Positions 30,305 to 40,285 of a DNA stretch of 64,000 nt are shown in pieces. Numbering within the stretch: position 1 is the first letter of the stretch; the number at the start of each line of letters is the position of its first letter. The position numbers and the translations under genes were made by a program. The notes below the pieces were generated by a model that saw nothing but the letters and a program-made list of their open reading frames with translations, was not told the DNA's origin and did no database searches. Source of the DNA: an uncultured virus (IMG/VR IMGVR_UViG_3300032167_000030). Its lineage: Duplodnaviria > Heunggongvirae > Uroviricota > Caudoviricetes. The stretch lies in IMG/VR virus record IMGVR_UViG_3300032167_000030, one strand, 5' to 3'.

Positions 30305-31023
30305 CTCTCACAATCTTCAGAAATTTTTGTATGATCCTTGTAGGGTTTAAGCATAAAATCTACAATTGGATCATCAGAATTAAGAATTTTTAGATTCTTA
30401 ATAGTATTAGAAATGTAAATGTAATACTTATCTAATTCGTTTCTTTTTTCTATAATAAATCCACAAAATTGATAAAAATCAAATTTAAGATCTTCACAAT
30501 AAGGTTTATTTAAAGAATCAATAATTTCAGGAATATCTAAAATGCTATCAAATTTCTTTTCAGACTCTTGCAGTTTCTTTTCAGCTTTTTCTAATCTTGA
30601 CTCATAAGTTTCACCATCAGATAAACCATGACAACTACAAGGTTTAATCCAATCATAAATCCAATCAATCTGCTTTAAACTATCATTACATAAAGTTTGA
30701 GCATCATAGTATTCAGAAATTCTTTCATCTTCAGGATGTTCTTCAATGTATTTAGTATACATTTCTAACTTGTTTTTGATATTCTTCTTTAATAGCTCAT
30801 AAACTAGAATTCTGGAATTATTAGGAATGCTATCTGGATCTAATCCATTTTCTTTTAAGAAATCTGACATAATTTCCTTAATAGAATTATCATAGTTTTG
30901 TTTATATTCTTCAATTCTACGATTAGTTCTATTGATAGAATGATTCATGTTAGAATGAGCTTTATTCTGTAAATGTACATTATATTTTTGTTGTTGTACA
31001 AATCTACTTCTTTTCTTACCCAT
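30301..31023 (-). CDS. Hypothetical protein
   Basis: 240 aa ORF in an operon. Confidence 0.7.
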   Translation of the reverse strand: MGKKRSRFVQQQKYNVHLQNKAHSNMNHSINRTNRRIEEYKQNYDNSIKEIMSDFLKENGLDPDSIPNNSRILVYELLKKNIKNKLEMYTKYIEEHPEDERISEYYDAQTLCNDSLKQIDWIYDWIKPCSCHGLSDGETYESRLEKAEKKLQESEKKFDSILDIPEIIDSLNKPYCEDLKFDFYQFCGFIIEKRNELDKYYIYISNTIKNLKILNSDDPIVDFMLKPYKDHTKISEDCER

Positions 31024-31025
31024 TT

Positions 31026-31820
31026 TTATTTGCCTCCATGCTTTAATAGAGTGATTAAATCATTTCTAATACTAGAATATATATCATACTGGAATTCTTC
31101 ATCATTAAGAGGTTTAAAGAATTCTCCAATAAACATTTTTTCTAGTGTAGTATTAAATCTATTGTCAATTAGTAGTTCTTTCATTGCAAAGTTAGTAGCT
31201 TCATATTCATCTGTGCTAATAATTTCTTCTACAATAAACTCAGGTTCATCTTCATTCTGAGAAAAATCATTTATGATGTTTTCCATATAATAAAGTAAGA
31301 GAATATCTTCATTATTGTTAAGATTTTTCTTAAGAGAACGATACATTAAGTCTTTCTTTTCTTCTTCATTTTCATATTCTTTTACTAAGTCTTTTTTATG
31401 ACTATAAAGATAACTAATGAAGAAATTTACAAGATTCGTTCTATATTTTAGAATAAAGAAATTATATAATTCTCTAGTGTAGAAATAGAAATCATCAGTA
31501 CCAATGATTTCATTTAAGTCAGAAGTAATAGAAAATCTAGTTGTAATTACATTATAGATTTTGCTATAGATATTTTTCTTGATGTCTTTACATCTTTCTA
31601 TAATACTTTCATCTTCTGGATAGAATTGCATTATAAAGTCATATCTATTATCAAAAATAGAAAGCATATCATTATAAGAAACAGAATTAATGAAAGGATT
31701 CTTTAACTGTTCTTCAATATTAGTTAACAAAACTTCATCTGATAACTTAGCTAATAATTCAGCTCTTTCAGTTTCAGTTGGTTGAAATAAGTTAAACTCA
31801 TCATCTACTTGTCTTATCAT
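31026..31820 (-). CDS. Hypothetical protein
   Basis: 264 aa ORF with SD. Confidence 0.7.
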   Translation of the reverse strand: MIRQVDDEFNLFQPTETERAELLAKLSDEVLLTNIEEQLKNPFINSVSYNDMLSIFDNRYDFIMQFYPEDESIIERCKDIKKNIYSKIYNVITTRFSITSDLNEIIGTDDFYFYTRELYNFFILKYRTNLVNFFISYLYSHKKDLVKEYENEEEKKDLMYRSLKKNLNNNEDILLLYYMENIINDFSQNEDEPEFIVEEIISTDEYEATNFAMKELLIDNRFNTTLEKMFIGEFFKPLNDEEFQYDIYSSIRNDLITLLKHGGK

Positions 31821-31848
31821 AAGTTTTTATCTCCTTTAACTTTTAGTA

Positions 31849-32151
31849 TTAATCTATTGGTGATTCTTCATAAGAAGCACCTTCTACAATACATAGTATA
31901 TCTGATTCTTTTACTAGAATATATTTAAAACCTTCAAATTCTACCCATTTACCAGTTTGCCTAGGAATTATTACAACAGTACCTTCTTTTAAATCTTCAT
32001 TCTTTACATCAGGTCCAATTGTAGAAATTACATAGTACGGAGGAATCTGTGTTTCTATTGCACGATTAGAAAGAATAATTCCAGCATCAGTTACTTTTTG
32101 TTTATATGGAATTACTAATACATTATCATGTAGTACTCTAAGTTCACTCAT
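31849..32151 (-). CDS. groES: GroES-like co-chaperonin
   Basis: LRVLHDNVLV...AGIIL...GP...G..V...YILVKESDILCIVE. Confidence 0.85.
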   Translation of the reverse strand: MSELRVLHDNVLVIPYKQKVTDAGIILSNRAIETQIPPYYVISTIGPDVKNEDLKEGTVVIIPRQTGKWVEFEGFKYILVKESDILCIVEGASYEESPID

Positions 32152-32296
32152 TATAATAAGCCTCCTCTTAGTATCTTATTAAAAATAGAAAAATTTAATG
32201 TATTTTTATAAGATGTTTTATTTAAAAAATTTAAAATGCTTAAAACATTTTATAAAACTATATACTAAAAATAAATAAAAAGAAAGGAGATTTATT

Positions 32297-33109
32297 ATGA
32301 TTGTAATTCATAGTACTAATAAGAAACCTGATGCAAATTTTACAGTCGAACAGTTAAGAAGTATCTCACATTTAATGGATTGGAGTAAACTATATAAGTA
32401 CATAGACCCAGATTCTATAACTATGGAATTTATGGAAACTTTTAAAGATGAGATTAATAAAAGAGGACATCTATTTCAGAAATTTACAATTAAATCTACT
32501 CATTTAGATGTTGTAAAGTTATTTAGTACATTTAATGGTAGATTCTCTTATTATCTAACGTATAGTAAAGAATCCTATATTTCAGAAGAGTTTATTTCTT
32601 ATTATAAAGATAGGATTACTGATTGGGATTTCATAATGAATAAAAATCTTAATTCTAATAATGGTATTTCAGAAAAACTATTTGAAGAGATATATCCTTA
32701 TATCATGAAAAATGAAAAAGAACAGACCTATATAAAATATGGAAATAATACTTATACAAGAAATATACAGCTTTTTAATCTAATGATGGAAAATAAAAAT
32801 CTATCTGAAGAATGTATAAAAAAGTATAAAAGTACTGAAATAGAAGATACTTACAAAATGTATCTTAATCTCAATAAATTTGATAAATACAATAAACCAA
32901 TTACTCCTACTTTCAATTTCTTAAAAGTATATAGAGATATCATTGATTGGGAGTTAGTTATGAAATATGCACCAATAAAAACTTTTACTAAAAATTTTGT
33001 AGTTGAATTCTATAGTTACATAGCACCTTTGTGTATTTCAATTCCTGATGTAGATCCTAGAATAGTAAAGTTAGTTACTAAATACAGAAAATATATTAAG
33101 AAAAATTAA
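32297..33109 (+). CDS. Trp-repeat-like hypothetical protein
   Basis: Recurrent DW and (I/L)SE.F motifs. Confidence 0.55.
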   Translation: MIVIHSTNKKPDANFTVEQLRSISHLMDWSKLYKYIDPDSITMEFMETFKDEINKRGHLFQKFTIKSTHLDVVKLFSTFNGRFSYYLTYSKESYISEEFISYYKDRITDWDFIMNKNLNSNNGISEKLFEEIYPYIMKNEKEQTYIKYGNNTYTRNIQLFNLMMENKNLSEECIKKYKSTEIEDTYKMYLNLNKFDKYNKPITPTFNFLKVYRDIIDWELVMKYAPIKTFTKNFVVEFYSYIAPLCISIPDVDPRIVKLVTKYRKYIKKN

Positions 33110-33170
33110 GTAAATCAAAAAAAAAAAATAGAAATCTCTTAATAAAGGAGATTTCTATTTTTTTTAAATC

Positions 33171-33491
33171 TTATTCTATACGATATGATTTAATGTAATC
33201 TGGTAATAGCAATAAATCTTTTTCTGAAATATGCTCCATATAAATAGCTGTATTAGTACTATATACATCTGATATATGATTTTCTAAATCTATTAAAACA
33301 GTACAGTCTATTCTAAAATCAGTTTCTAACATATATTCTACATATGCAAGATTAGTTTTAAGATTAAATTCTTCTATAATAATGTGAATAATTAGATTTA
33401 AATCTTCTTTATTTAGTATTACAAAATATGCAGGATTGTATTTAAATCTTAGATCAAATTCAAATCTTTTTATTAATTCTTTATTATCCAT
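33171..33491 (-). CDS. Hypothetical protein
   Basis: 106 aa, SD AAGGAG. Confidence 0.65.
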   Translation of the reverse strand: MDNKELIKRFEFDLRFKYNPAYFVILNKEDLNLIIHIIIEEFNLKTNLAYVEYMLETDFRIDCTVLIDLENHISDVYSTNTAIYMEHISEKDLLLLPDYIKSYRIE

Positions 33492-33627
33492 TAAATCTCT
33501 CCTTTCATTAAGTCTATGATATATAGTTATAAAGTTTTATAAAAATTCGTATTTTAAAAAACTATAAATATATATTATTAATGTAATGAATATAGAAAAG
33601 AAATATTCATTACATACTTTTTGATTT

Positions 33628-34110
33628 TTGAAAAGAGAGGTTTTTATCATGACTAATCCTAGAAACAACATTGTTCCCATTAGCAATTACTCCAATATCA
33701 ACTATAGACGACAATCTAAGAAGAGAGCTAGATACAATAGAGTTAAAACTATTGTTACTAATATTGTAATTTTCATTGCAGTTATTGCTGCAGGTTCTTT
33801 GTTAATGTTGCATATCGATGATAATATCGAAGTCTATTCTTCTACTAGAAACTACCAGTTTATGATGGACCTGAATAATGGCGATAGAGAAGCTATTGAA
33901 AGATACGAATCTCACTATATTGCTAGAGATAAGTATCTGTTTAATGGTCCTCTGACTATTGAATTGATGGCTGAAAAGTATAATATCGATTTTGAAGAAC
34001 TTTATGAAATCTATGAAGAATCTGGTTATGAGTCTGCACAGAAATTCTTCAAAGATTATGTTCAAAATAGAGCTGAGTGTCAGGAATTCGAAGACACTTA
34101 TTGTGGATAA
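33628..34110 (+). CDS. Hypothetical membrane-anchored protein (likely start 33649)
   Basis: Single hydrophobic segment; promoter motif at 33548. Confidence 0.65.
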   Translation: MKREVFIMTNPRNNIVPISNYSNINYRRQSKKRARYNRVKTIVTNIVIFIAVIAAGSLLMLHIDDNIEVYSSTRNYQFMMDLNNGDREAIERYESHYIARDKYLFNGPLTIELMAEKYNIDFEELYEIYEESGYESAQKFFKDYVQNRAECQEFEDTYCG

Positions 34111-34131
34111 AAGAAGAAAGGAAATTGAACA

Positions 34132-34428
34132 ATGTTAAAGGAATATGAAATCATTATTGCTGGTGATGACTATCTTTCCACCAAAATTATGTTGACTGAA
34201 GAGGAAATCAATATCTTTAACAAGATTATTTCTTCTATGAAACCTGATGGTAAATTTGTACCTAGTATTTTGATTCGAGATATCGAAGAAGAGAAAAAGT
34301 ATTTGGAAGAAGAAAGGAAAAGAATCAAAAAAGAAAGAGAAGACAGAAGAGAATCTTATAGAAACGATAGCAGAAATTTTCCTTCTGCTATGTCTTTGGC
34401 TTTCCAGAAAGCTATGAATAAAAACTAA
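34132..34428 (+). CDS. Hypothetical protein
   Basis: 98 aa with SD. Confidence 0.65.
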   Translation: MLKEYEIIIAGDDYLSTKIMLTEEEINIFNKIISSMKPDGKFVPSILIRDIEEEKKYLEEERKRIKKEREDRRESYRNDSRNFPSAMSLAFQKAMNKN

Positions 34429-34533
34429 AAGAAAGGTATTAAGTACCTTTCTTTTTTTAGCGAATTATAAAGATTTATAAGTATATATCATAACTCTGAA
34501 TGAAATACTTAAAAAGGAGTTGATTTATAAAAC

Positions 34534-34947
34534 ATGGATAACATTGATTACAATTACTTTAGAAAAATGAAAAGATTACAAGAAAATTCTATTTACGGTC
34601 TTAATCATTTTTATGGAACAACAATTACCAAAGATACAAAGATTACGTCTAAGAAAATTGATAAACCATTAACAAAACAACAACTATTTGATCTATATAC
34701 TAAATGGTGTAATATAGGTTTTATGCAACATTGTTTAAAATATGGATATAATGATATCTTTGATACTAAGATTTTTTGGCAACTTTTATCATATGGATAT
34801 TATAAAGATTTACCAGAAGATTTTATCGAAGAATATAAGGAATTATTAGAATTGAGTCCTATTCATAAGACTGGATTTGATAGCAAAATTACTACTATAG
34901 ATGATATTGCTAATTTCTATCCTAGTTGTTTATTATCTTTCGAATGA
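34534..34947 (+). CDS. Hypothetical protein, KQQ(I/L)FDL/Trp-repeat family
   Basis: LTKQQLFDLYTKW; LPEDFIEEY. Confidence 0.6.
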   Translation: MDNIDYNYFRKMKRLQENSIYGLNHFYGTTITKDTKITSKKIDKPLTKQQLFDLYTKWCNIGFMQHCLKYGYNDIFDTKIFWQLLSYGYYKDLPEDFIEEYKELLELSPIHKTGFDSKITTIDDIANFYPSCLLSFE

Positions 34948-34963
34948 AAGAAGGTTATATAGA

Positions 34964-35470
34964 ATGAAAGAATTTACTAAACAGCAAATATTCAATCTTC
35001 AATTCAAATGGTCTGATATTAAACCAAAGTACTATATAAATGGTGATAAACGTATAAAGGAGTGGTGGAACTATGAAGAATATTGGACAAATATTTCTGA
35101 ATATGTAAAACCATTACCTGTAGATTTTATTAGAGAATTTAAGGACTATGTAAACTGGTATTTAATTGGAATGTGTCAAAAATTATCTGAAGAATTTATG
35201 CGAGAATTCAGTTATTATTTATGTTGGTATGATTTACCTATGTATCAAAAATTATCTGAAAACCTCATTAAAGAAAATAAAGATACGATTAATTGGTATA
35301 GAGTTCAACAATATCAAGATTTATCTGAAGAATTTCTATATGAATTCAAAGATAAGATAGATTGGTTCTGTTATCTTCATGGTAGATCAAATAGAACACA
35401 ATTATCTGAGGAAATGCTAAAGAAATTGATAGATGAAGGATATATCAGAGATGAAGAATTTTTTAACTAA
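34964..35470 (+). CDS. Trp-repeat protein
   Basis: FTKQQIFNLQFKW, then W....YQ.LSE.F..EF.D.I.W repeats. Confidence 0.7.
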   Translation: MKEFTKQQIFNLQFKWSDIKPKYYINGDKRIKEWWNYEEYWTNISEYVKPLPVDFIREFKDYVNWYLIGMCQKLSEEFMREFSYYLCWYDLPMYQKLSENLIKENKDTINWYRVQQYQDLSEEFLYEFKDKIDWFCYLHGRSNRTQLSEEMLKKLIDEGYIRDEEFFN

Positions 35471-35574
35471 AATCTAACTACATACAATTTCCGTATTTTC
35501 AGCAGTTTTATCTATATATAATAAACTTAGTTAAAAACAAATAAAACCATTTTTATTAAAAGGAGATTTTACAA

Positions 35575-36129
35575 ATGAACAAGAACTATGACATCATGCT
35601 GATCGAAGCTATTGACAAGCACAATCTCAAGACTGCTGAAACTATTTTGAAATCTGGTAAAGCAACTCTTTATAAGAAGTATCCTCATATGATGTGTCAT
35701 GTTGCTGCATACGGTGAACATGATGAATTTGAATTGTTAGTAAAGTATGGTGGCGATCCTCATATTGACAATGATAATCCTATTAAGTGTGCAGCAACAA
35801 TGGGTCGTTTCAAGAATGTAATGCATATTCTCAGTAATCACGGAATCAATAGTAATATTGAAGATTTTGTTAAGAACTATATTCTTACAGCTGCTATTGA
35901 TCTTAATAACCTTGATTGGTTTAAGTTCTTCGGTAATAAGTATCATATCGATTTGAATGATGAACAGCTTATCAATTATGCACTCGTTTATGGAAACAGA
36001 GAACTTATCAATTACTTTGTTTCTAAGAATGTAGAAATTGATGGAAATCTCATCATTCAGCTGCTTAACAGTGACGGTTTTGTACTTAGTGATGATTACA
36101 AGGAATATCTTCATAGTCTTATTGACTAA
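35575..36129 (+). CDS. Ankyrin-repeat-like protein
   Basis: AAYGE...ELLVKYGGDP; AATMGR; ALVYGNRELINYFVS. Confidence 0.65.
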   Translation: MNKNYDIMLIEAIDKHNLKTAETILKSGKATLYKKYPHMMCHVAAYGEHDEFELLVKYGGDPHIDNDNPIKCAATMGRFKNVMHILSNHGINSNIEDFVKNYILTAAIDLNNLDWFKFFGNKYHIDLNDEQLINYALVYGNRELINYFVSKNVEIDGNLIIQLLNSDGFVLSDDYKEYLHSLID

Positions 36130-36202
36130 TTGAAAATTTTCTGTGATCCAAAGCAAAAAAAAAAGAAACTCTCTTAATGAGAGTTTCTTTTTTTTTATTA
36201 GT

Positions 36203-36448
36203 TTAAGCATCTAAGTCTAGATTATATTTATCAATAATTTTTTCCCACCAATATTTATTCATACCATCCGAAATACCAAGAACTTTTTGATCTCCTTCTT
36301 TTTTATAATAGAAATGATCACCTTTTGTTCTAATTAACTTCCAACCATTTCTTTCTACTACTCTCTTCGCTTCCTTAGTATTATAGATTTTCATTTTTGT
36401 TTTAGATTTCGATGAAGACTTATTAGAAGGTTTTACCATTTTTGCCAT
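36203..36448 (-). CDS. HicA-family RNase-like protein
   Basis: EAKRVVERNGWKLIRTKGDHFYYKK. Confidence 0.7.
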   Translation of the reverse strand: MAKMVKPSNKSSSKSKTKMKIYNTKEAKRVVERNGWKLIRTKGDHFYYKKEGDQKVLGISDGMNKYWWEKIIDKYNLDLDA

Positions 36449-36470
36449 ATATAATATATCCTTTCTGTAC

Positions 36471-36821
36471 TTAGTATATATTTTCTTTTATATTATAATC
36501 TTCTTCCATTCTTTCTATAAATTCTTTAGAAAGAGATTGATATTTTACAATATGATTCCATACTATATAATTTTTCATTTCTTTAATAAATTTCTCTGAT
36601 AAATTTTGATTTCTAGAAATACAATCCCAATTTAACTGTTTTCTAAATTCTCTCATAAAATCTTCGCTTAGTTTGAAATTATCGGAAATATGTTTCCAAA
36701 TACGATGATCATCAAACCAGACTTTATTACCATATGATAGATTGATAATTCTACCTATTCTATTTACTTCTGGATACTTAAAGAGTAAATCAAATATCTG
36801 TTTTCTAGTTAGTGGTTTCAT
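36471..36821 (-). CDS. Trp-repeat protein
   Basis: LTRKQIFDLLFKY, then W..IS...LSE.F repeats. Confidence 0.7.
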   Translation of the reverse strand: MKPLTRKQIFDLLFKYPEVNRIGRIINLSYGNKVWFDDHRIWKHISDNFKLSEDFMREFRKQLNWDCISRNQNLSEKFIKEMKNYIVWNHIVKYQSLSKEFIERMEEDYNIKENIY

Positions 36822-37021
36822 AATTTCATTTCCTTTCTATACCATTTTCTTAAGTATCTAACTTTATTACAATCTTCACAATAACTAATATCTGATAGGT
36901 GATATTTATATAGGAAGTTATTTATTCTCCATCCAAATTTAGGTAGGCTGAATTGAATACAATAAATTCTATAGTTTGTATTAAATAAGTTTCTGTATGA
37001 TAGATGTCTTATTAGTTTCAT
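36818..37021 (-). CDS. Hypothetical protein
   Basis: 67 aa with SD; ATGA overlap with the next gene. Confidence 0.55.
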   Translation of the reverse strand: MKLIRHLSYRNLFNTNYRIYCIQFSLPKFGWRINNFLYKYHLSDISYCEDCNKVRYLRKWYRKEMKL

Positions 37022-37308
37022 ATAAGGATTATACTCCTAATTATAAAAATCTTTTTAAAGGTTTAGATCTATATTACATTCATGCAAATTCTCATTTTAA
37101 TTTTATTTTTCCAGTTGATTATTTACAACTTATGTCATTTTTCTCATAAGTACAATCAATCCTTTCTATATATATTATAACATATAAAGAATATATAGAT
37201 AAAAATCTTTTATAGTTTTATTCTTTTTTATTTTAAAATTCGTACATATCCGAACATAAAAATAATACGAAATAATCGTACGAATTTAGATAAAAAGGAG
37301 TTAAAGTT

Positions 37309-37752
37309 ATGAATACTAATGATAAGAGAGCAAAGTATGAAGAGTTTTTAAATGAAGTAATGGGAAATACCGTACAGAAAGATAAAGGCGGATTTTTCAG
37401 TAAAAACAAGATGATGGGAAAAACTGTTTTTAATAAGAATGGTAAGAGATTAAGATTTGGTATAATCTATGAAGAACCTATCTATCACGATTTTAGTTAT
37501 ACCGAAAGACATACTAATCAGTATGAAATTAGAGTAAAATCTGTTGAAGCTTATGAAATTAAAGACAAAGAAAAATCTAAGAATAACTATACTAGATGGT
37601 GGATTTCTACTAGTACAGATCTAGATAAGGATATGTATATAGTAGATGATGAAGGTAAAAAAGTTTATAAGAATGAAGAACTTACTAAAAAGTTAAAACA
37701 ACTACAGAATGATTTAAAAACTAAAGAAAAAGAATATAGCAAGGAAAACTAA
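37309..37752 (+). CDS. Hypothetical protein (paralog of 37768..38124)
   Basis: Shared NQYEIRV and WWxSTSTDL motifs. Confidence 0.7.
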   Translation: MNTNDKRAKYEEFLNEVMGNTVQKDKGGFFSKNKMMGKTVFNKNGKRLRFGIIYEEPIYHDFSYTERHTNQYEIRVKSVEAYEIKDKEKSKNNYTRWWISTSTDLDKDMYIVDDEGKKVYKNEELTKKLKQLQNDLKTKEKEYSKEN

Positions 37753-37767
37753 GGAGGAAATAAAATT

Positions 37768-38124
37768 ATGGATAAATATACAAGATTTACAAATGAAATG
37801 AAAAAATTAGCAGCTAATAAGGATAGTTTAGTTGGAAAGACAATTTTTAATATAAAGGCAAAAGAAAATTATGGTATTATTGTTTCAGAACCAATTCCAT
37901 ATGATTCTGATAGACATCCTAATCAATATGAGATTAGAGTGGAAAGAAAGAATCCAAATAAGACTAAAAGAGACAATCGTACTACATGGTGGTTATCTAC
38001 AAGTACAGATCTTAAAACAGATCTTGTTATTGTAGATGATTCTGGTGATGAAATTATAATTGATTATAATATGACTAAGAAATTAGAAGCTTTTCAAAAT
38101 AAATTAAAGAAAAATGAATTTTAA
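37768..38124 (+). CDS. Hypothetical protein (paralog of 37309..37752)
   Basis: Shared NQYEIRV and WWxSTSTDL motifs. Confidence 0.7.
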   Translation: MDKYTRFTNEMKKLAANKDSLVGKTIFNIKAKENYGIIVSEPIPYDSDRHPNQYEIRVERKNPNKTKRDNRTTWWLSTSTDLKTDLVIVDDSGDEIIIDYNMTKKLEAFQNKLKKNEF

Positions 38125-38170
38125 TAAAAAAAAAGAAGATTACCTATTTTTAGGTAATCTTCTTAAATTT

Positions 38171-38554
38171 TTATAAATAGAAAAGATAAAATGTAAAAGT
38201 TACTAAAATTTGAATTAGATGACATAATTGATCTATAATTAGATTTATTTTGAATTTATTAGCTTTTAGGTTATCTATATAAGCATGTATTAGCAAGTTA
38301 ACAATAAAGAAGATAATCATATTAAAATCTAGATTAAAGCTAACATAGATAAATATAGGTAGCATTATCATAAAAGACCAACTAAATCCATGCATAAATA
38401 AAGCTACTATGTAATCATATTTGTATAAATCTTGTGGAGCATTTTCCTTCCAATATTTCTTCTGTTTTAATGAAGCTAAAATTCCCTGTAAATAGTAGTC
38501 ATCTACAATATGTAAGAAAATCATAGATAATAGAGTGAATATAGGATATTTCAT
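38171..38554 (-). CDS. DUF3307-like membrane protein
   Basis: HIVDDYYLQ...H...HAYID...DQLCH with hydrophobic helices. Confidence 0.7.
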   Translation of the reverse strand: MKYPIFTLLSMIFLHIVDDYYLQGILASLKQKKYWKENAPQDLYKYDYIVALFMHGFSWSFMIMLPIFIYVSFNLDFNMIIFFIVNLLIHAYIDNLKANKFKINLIIDQLCHLIQILVTFTFYLFYL

Positions 38555-38671
38555 AGAATTAAAAACGTCTCCTTTTATCTTTAGTATAATGAAATTTTTA
38601 AATGTATTTTTATATATAAAAACAATAGATTAATAAGAAATACTTTCAATAGAAAGGAAAGTGATATAGAA

Positions 38672-39103
38672 ATGATTCTAAATGAAAATCAAAAGAATAT
38701 GTATAAAGATTGCATTTTCCTAAATGAAGGTTTCATTAATCAGACTTTCATGGGATTAAAGATACATCCCCATCAGAATATAGATGAAACTTTTAAGAAG
38801 CATAAATACGAAGGATACTTGAATCTTATAAATAGAACTAAGAAAGTAAATGGCCTAGAATACATTAGAAAAGACATCTATCTTGGTATTTCACAGTTTA
38901 AGAAAATTGGTGAACGTATAGAGAAATGTTCTAGATTAGGTGAATGTGATGAAACTAAGAACTACTATAATGGTATTAAGAAGAAATATCTAGATAAAGG
39001 TATAACTACTAAAGATGTAGAACTAACTATAAAGTGGTTTAGAGAAGTTGCTCTTAAGACTTTGAATGAAAGAATTAAGAAGATTAAGAGTAGTAGTAAA
39101 TAA
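38672..39103 (+). CDS. Putative internal head protein (MILNE-leader family)
   Basis: MILNENQKNMYKDCIFLNE; AACA-N6-TA at 38621. Confidence 0.55.
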   Translation: MILNENQKNMYKDCIFLNEGFINQTFMGLKIHPHQNIDETFKKHKYEGYLNLINRTKKVNGLEYIRKDIYLGISQFKKIGERIEKCSRLGECDETKNYYNGIKKKYLDKGITTKDVELTIKWFREVALKTLNERIKKIKSSSK

Positions 39104-39118
39104 AGAGAAGGTGAAAAT

Positions 39119-39718
39119 ATGATACTTAATGAAAAACAAAGAGAAATGTATAGAAATTGTATGTTTTTAAATGAAGAATTGGTTTTATCTGAAGGAGTCG
39201 GCCTAACAATTGCTGCTGCATTAGCTATTCTTATTGCAGGTGATGTCATTGTTGAAGGGGTTCTAAATAAAAAAGCTATAAAAGCTTTACCTGTTGCTAT
39301 GGATGATTATGCTAATATAAAGAAATTACCTAAACATAAAGAAATAAAAGTCATTCAGCTTAAAAATAATAGTATTAGTCTAGACTATATAAATAAACAT
39401 CTAGAATTAAAAAAATATTTAATAAAGCAATATGAATATACTCATGATGGAAAACCAAAGTCTGATAAAGATTTAATAGAATATTTAGATGGATTTTGTT
39501 TTGAATATCAAAATAAACTTCAACTTTATATGGAATTTAAAGGTTATAAGAATTCAATGCAATACTGTAAGTTCTTTAATAGAATTTTTACTAAAGAATA
39601 TAAAAACTATGTAGATGCTATTGCATATGTAAAACTGATACAAGAATTAAAACTGAAATTACCACTTAATGTAAGACCCTTTATAAATGAATATAAACGA
39701 TTAAAAAATGTAAATTAA
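39119..39718 (+). CDS. Putative internal head protein (MILNE-leader family)
   Basis: MILNEKQREMYRNCMFLNE. Confidence 0.55.
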   Translation: MILNEKQREMYRNCMFLNEELVLSEGVGLTIAAALAILIAGDVIVEGVLNKKAIKALPVAMDDYANIKKLPKHKEIKVIQLKNNSISLDYINKHLELKKYLIKQYEYTHDGKPKSDKDLIEYLDGFCFEYQNKLQLYMEFKGYKNSMQYCKFFNRIFTKEYKNYVDAIAYVKLIQELKLKLPLNVRPFINEYKRLKNVN

Positions 39719-39781
39719 TAATTTAGAAGATTACCTATTAAGTTAGGTAATCTTCTAATATTTTATAAAATTTAATTAGTT

Positions 39782-40279
39782 TTATTTAATGTTTTTTAAA
39801 TAGTCATCTAATCCAATAAAACTTGTATTTGTGCTAAGTTTATCATTAAGAAGATTATCATCATATATAAATACTATTTTAATTCTATCAATAAGCTCTA
39901 ATTCCTCTTTTGTAAGTTTAGGAATATTAATTCCAATATCTTCTTTTTTAATCTTATCTTCATATCTATATTGTGCAGGAATATATTCATCAAATTCTTT
40001 ATCAGTAAAATCTGAATTATAACCATAACAGATATTGAACAAAAATCTTTGATTCTTTTGTTCTGATCTCTCACCTGCGAAAACTAACATTTCCATGTCT
40101 TTTTCATACTTACTACTAATTCTTTCATTTACTTTTAAGATACCAATACATTCACAATAATTATCATTACTAAGTCTAATATCATATTTTTTAAGTAGAT
40201 TTAAGATATCTTTAATATCTTCATTATTCTTTTCAATGTCTTTATTATTAGTATAAATACAACTTTCTTGATAACCCAT
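39782..40279 (-). CDS. Hypothetical protein
   Basis: 165 aa, SD AGGAGG. Confidence 0.65.
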   Translation of the reverse strand: MGYQESCIYTNNKDIEKNNEDIKDILNLLKKYDIRLSNDNYCECIGILKVNERISSKYEKDMEMLVFAGERSEQKNQRFLFNICYGYNSDFTDKEFDEYIPAQYRYEDKIKKEDIGINIPKLTKEELELIDRIKIVFIYDDNLLNDKLSTNTSFIGLDDYLKNIK

Positions 40280-40285
40280 TTTTAT

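Noticed and set aside
37030..37170. SD and ATG on the minus strand near 37147
   Set aside because: The frame closes after five codons. It may be a decayed gene but cannot be supported.
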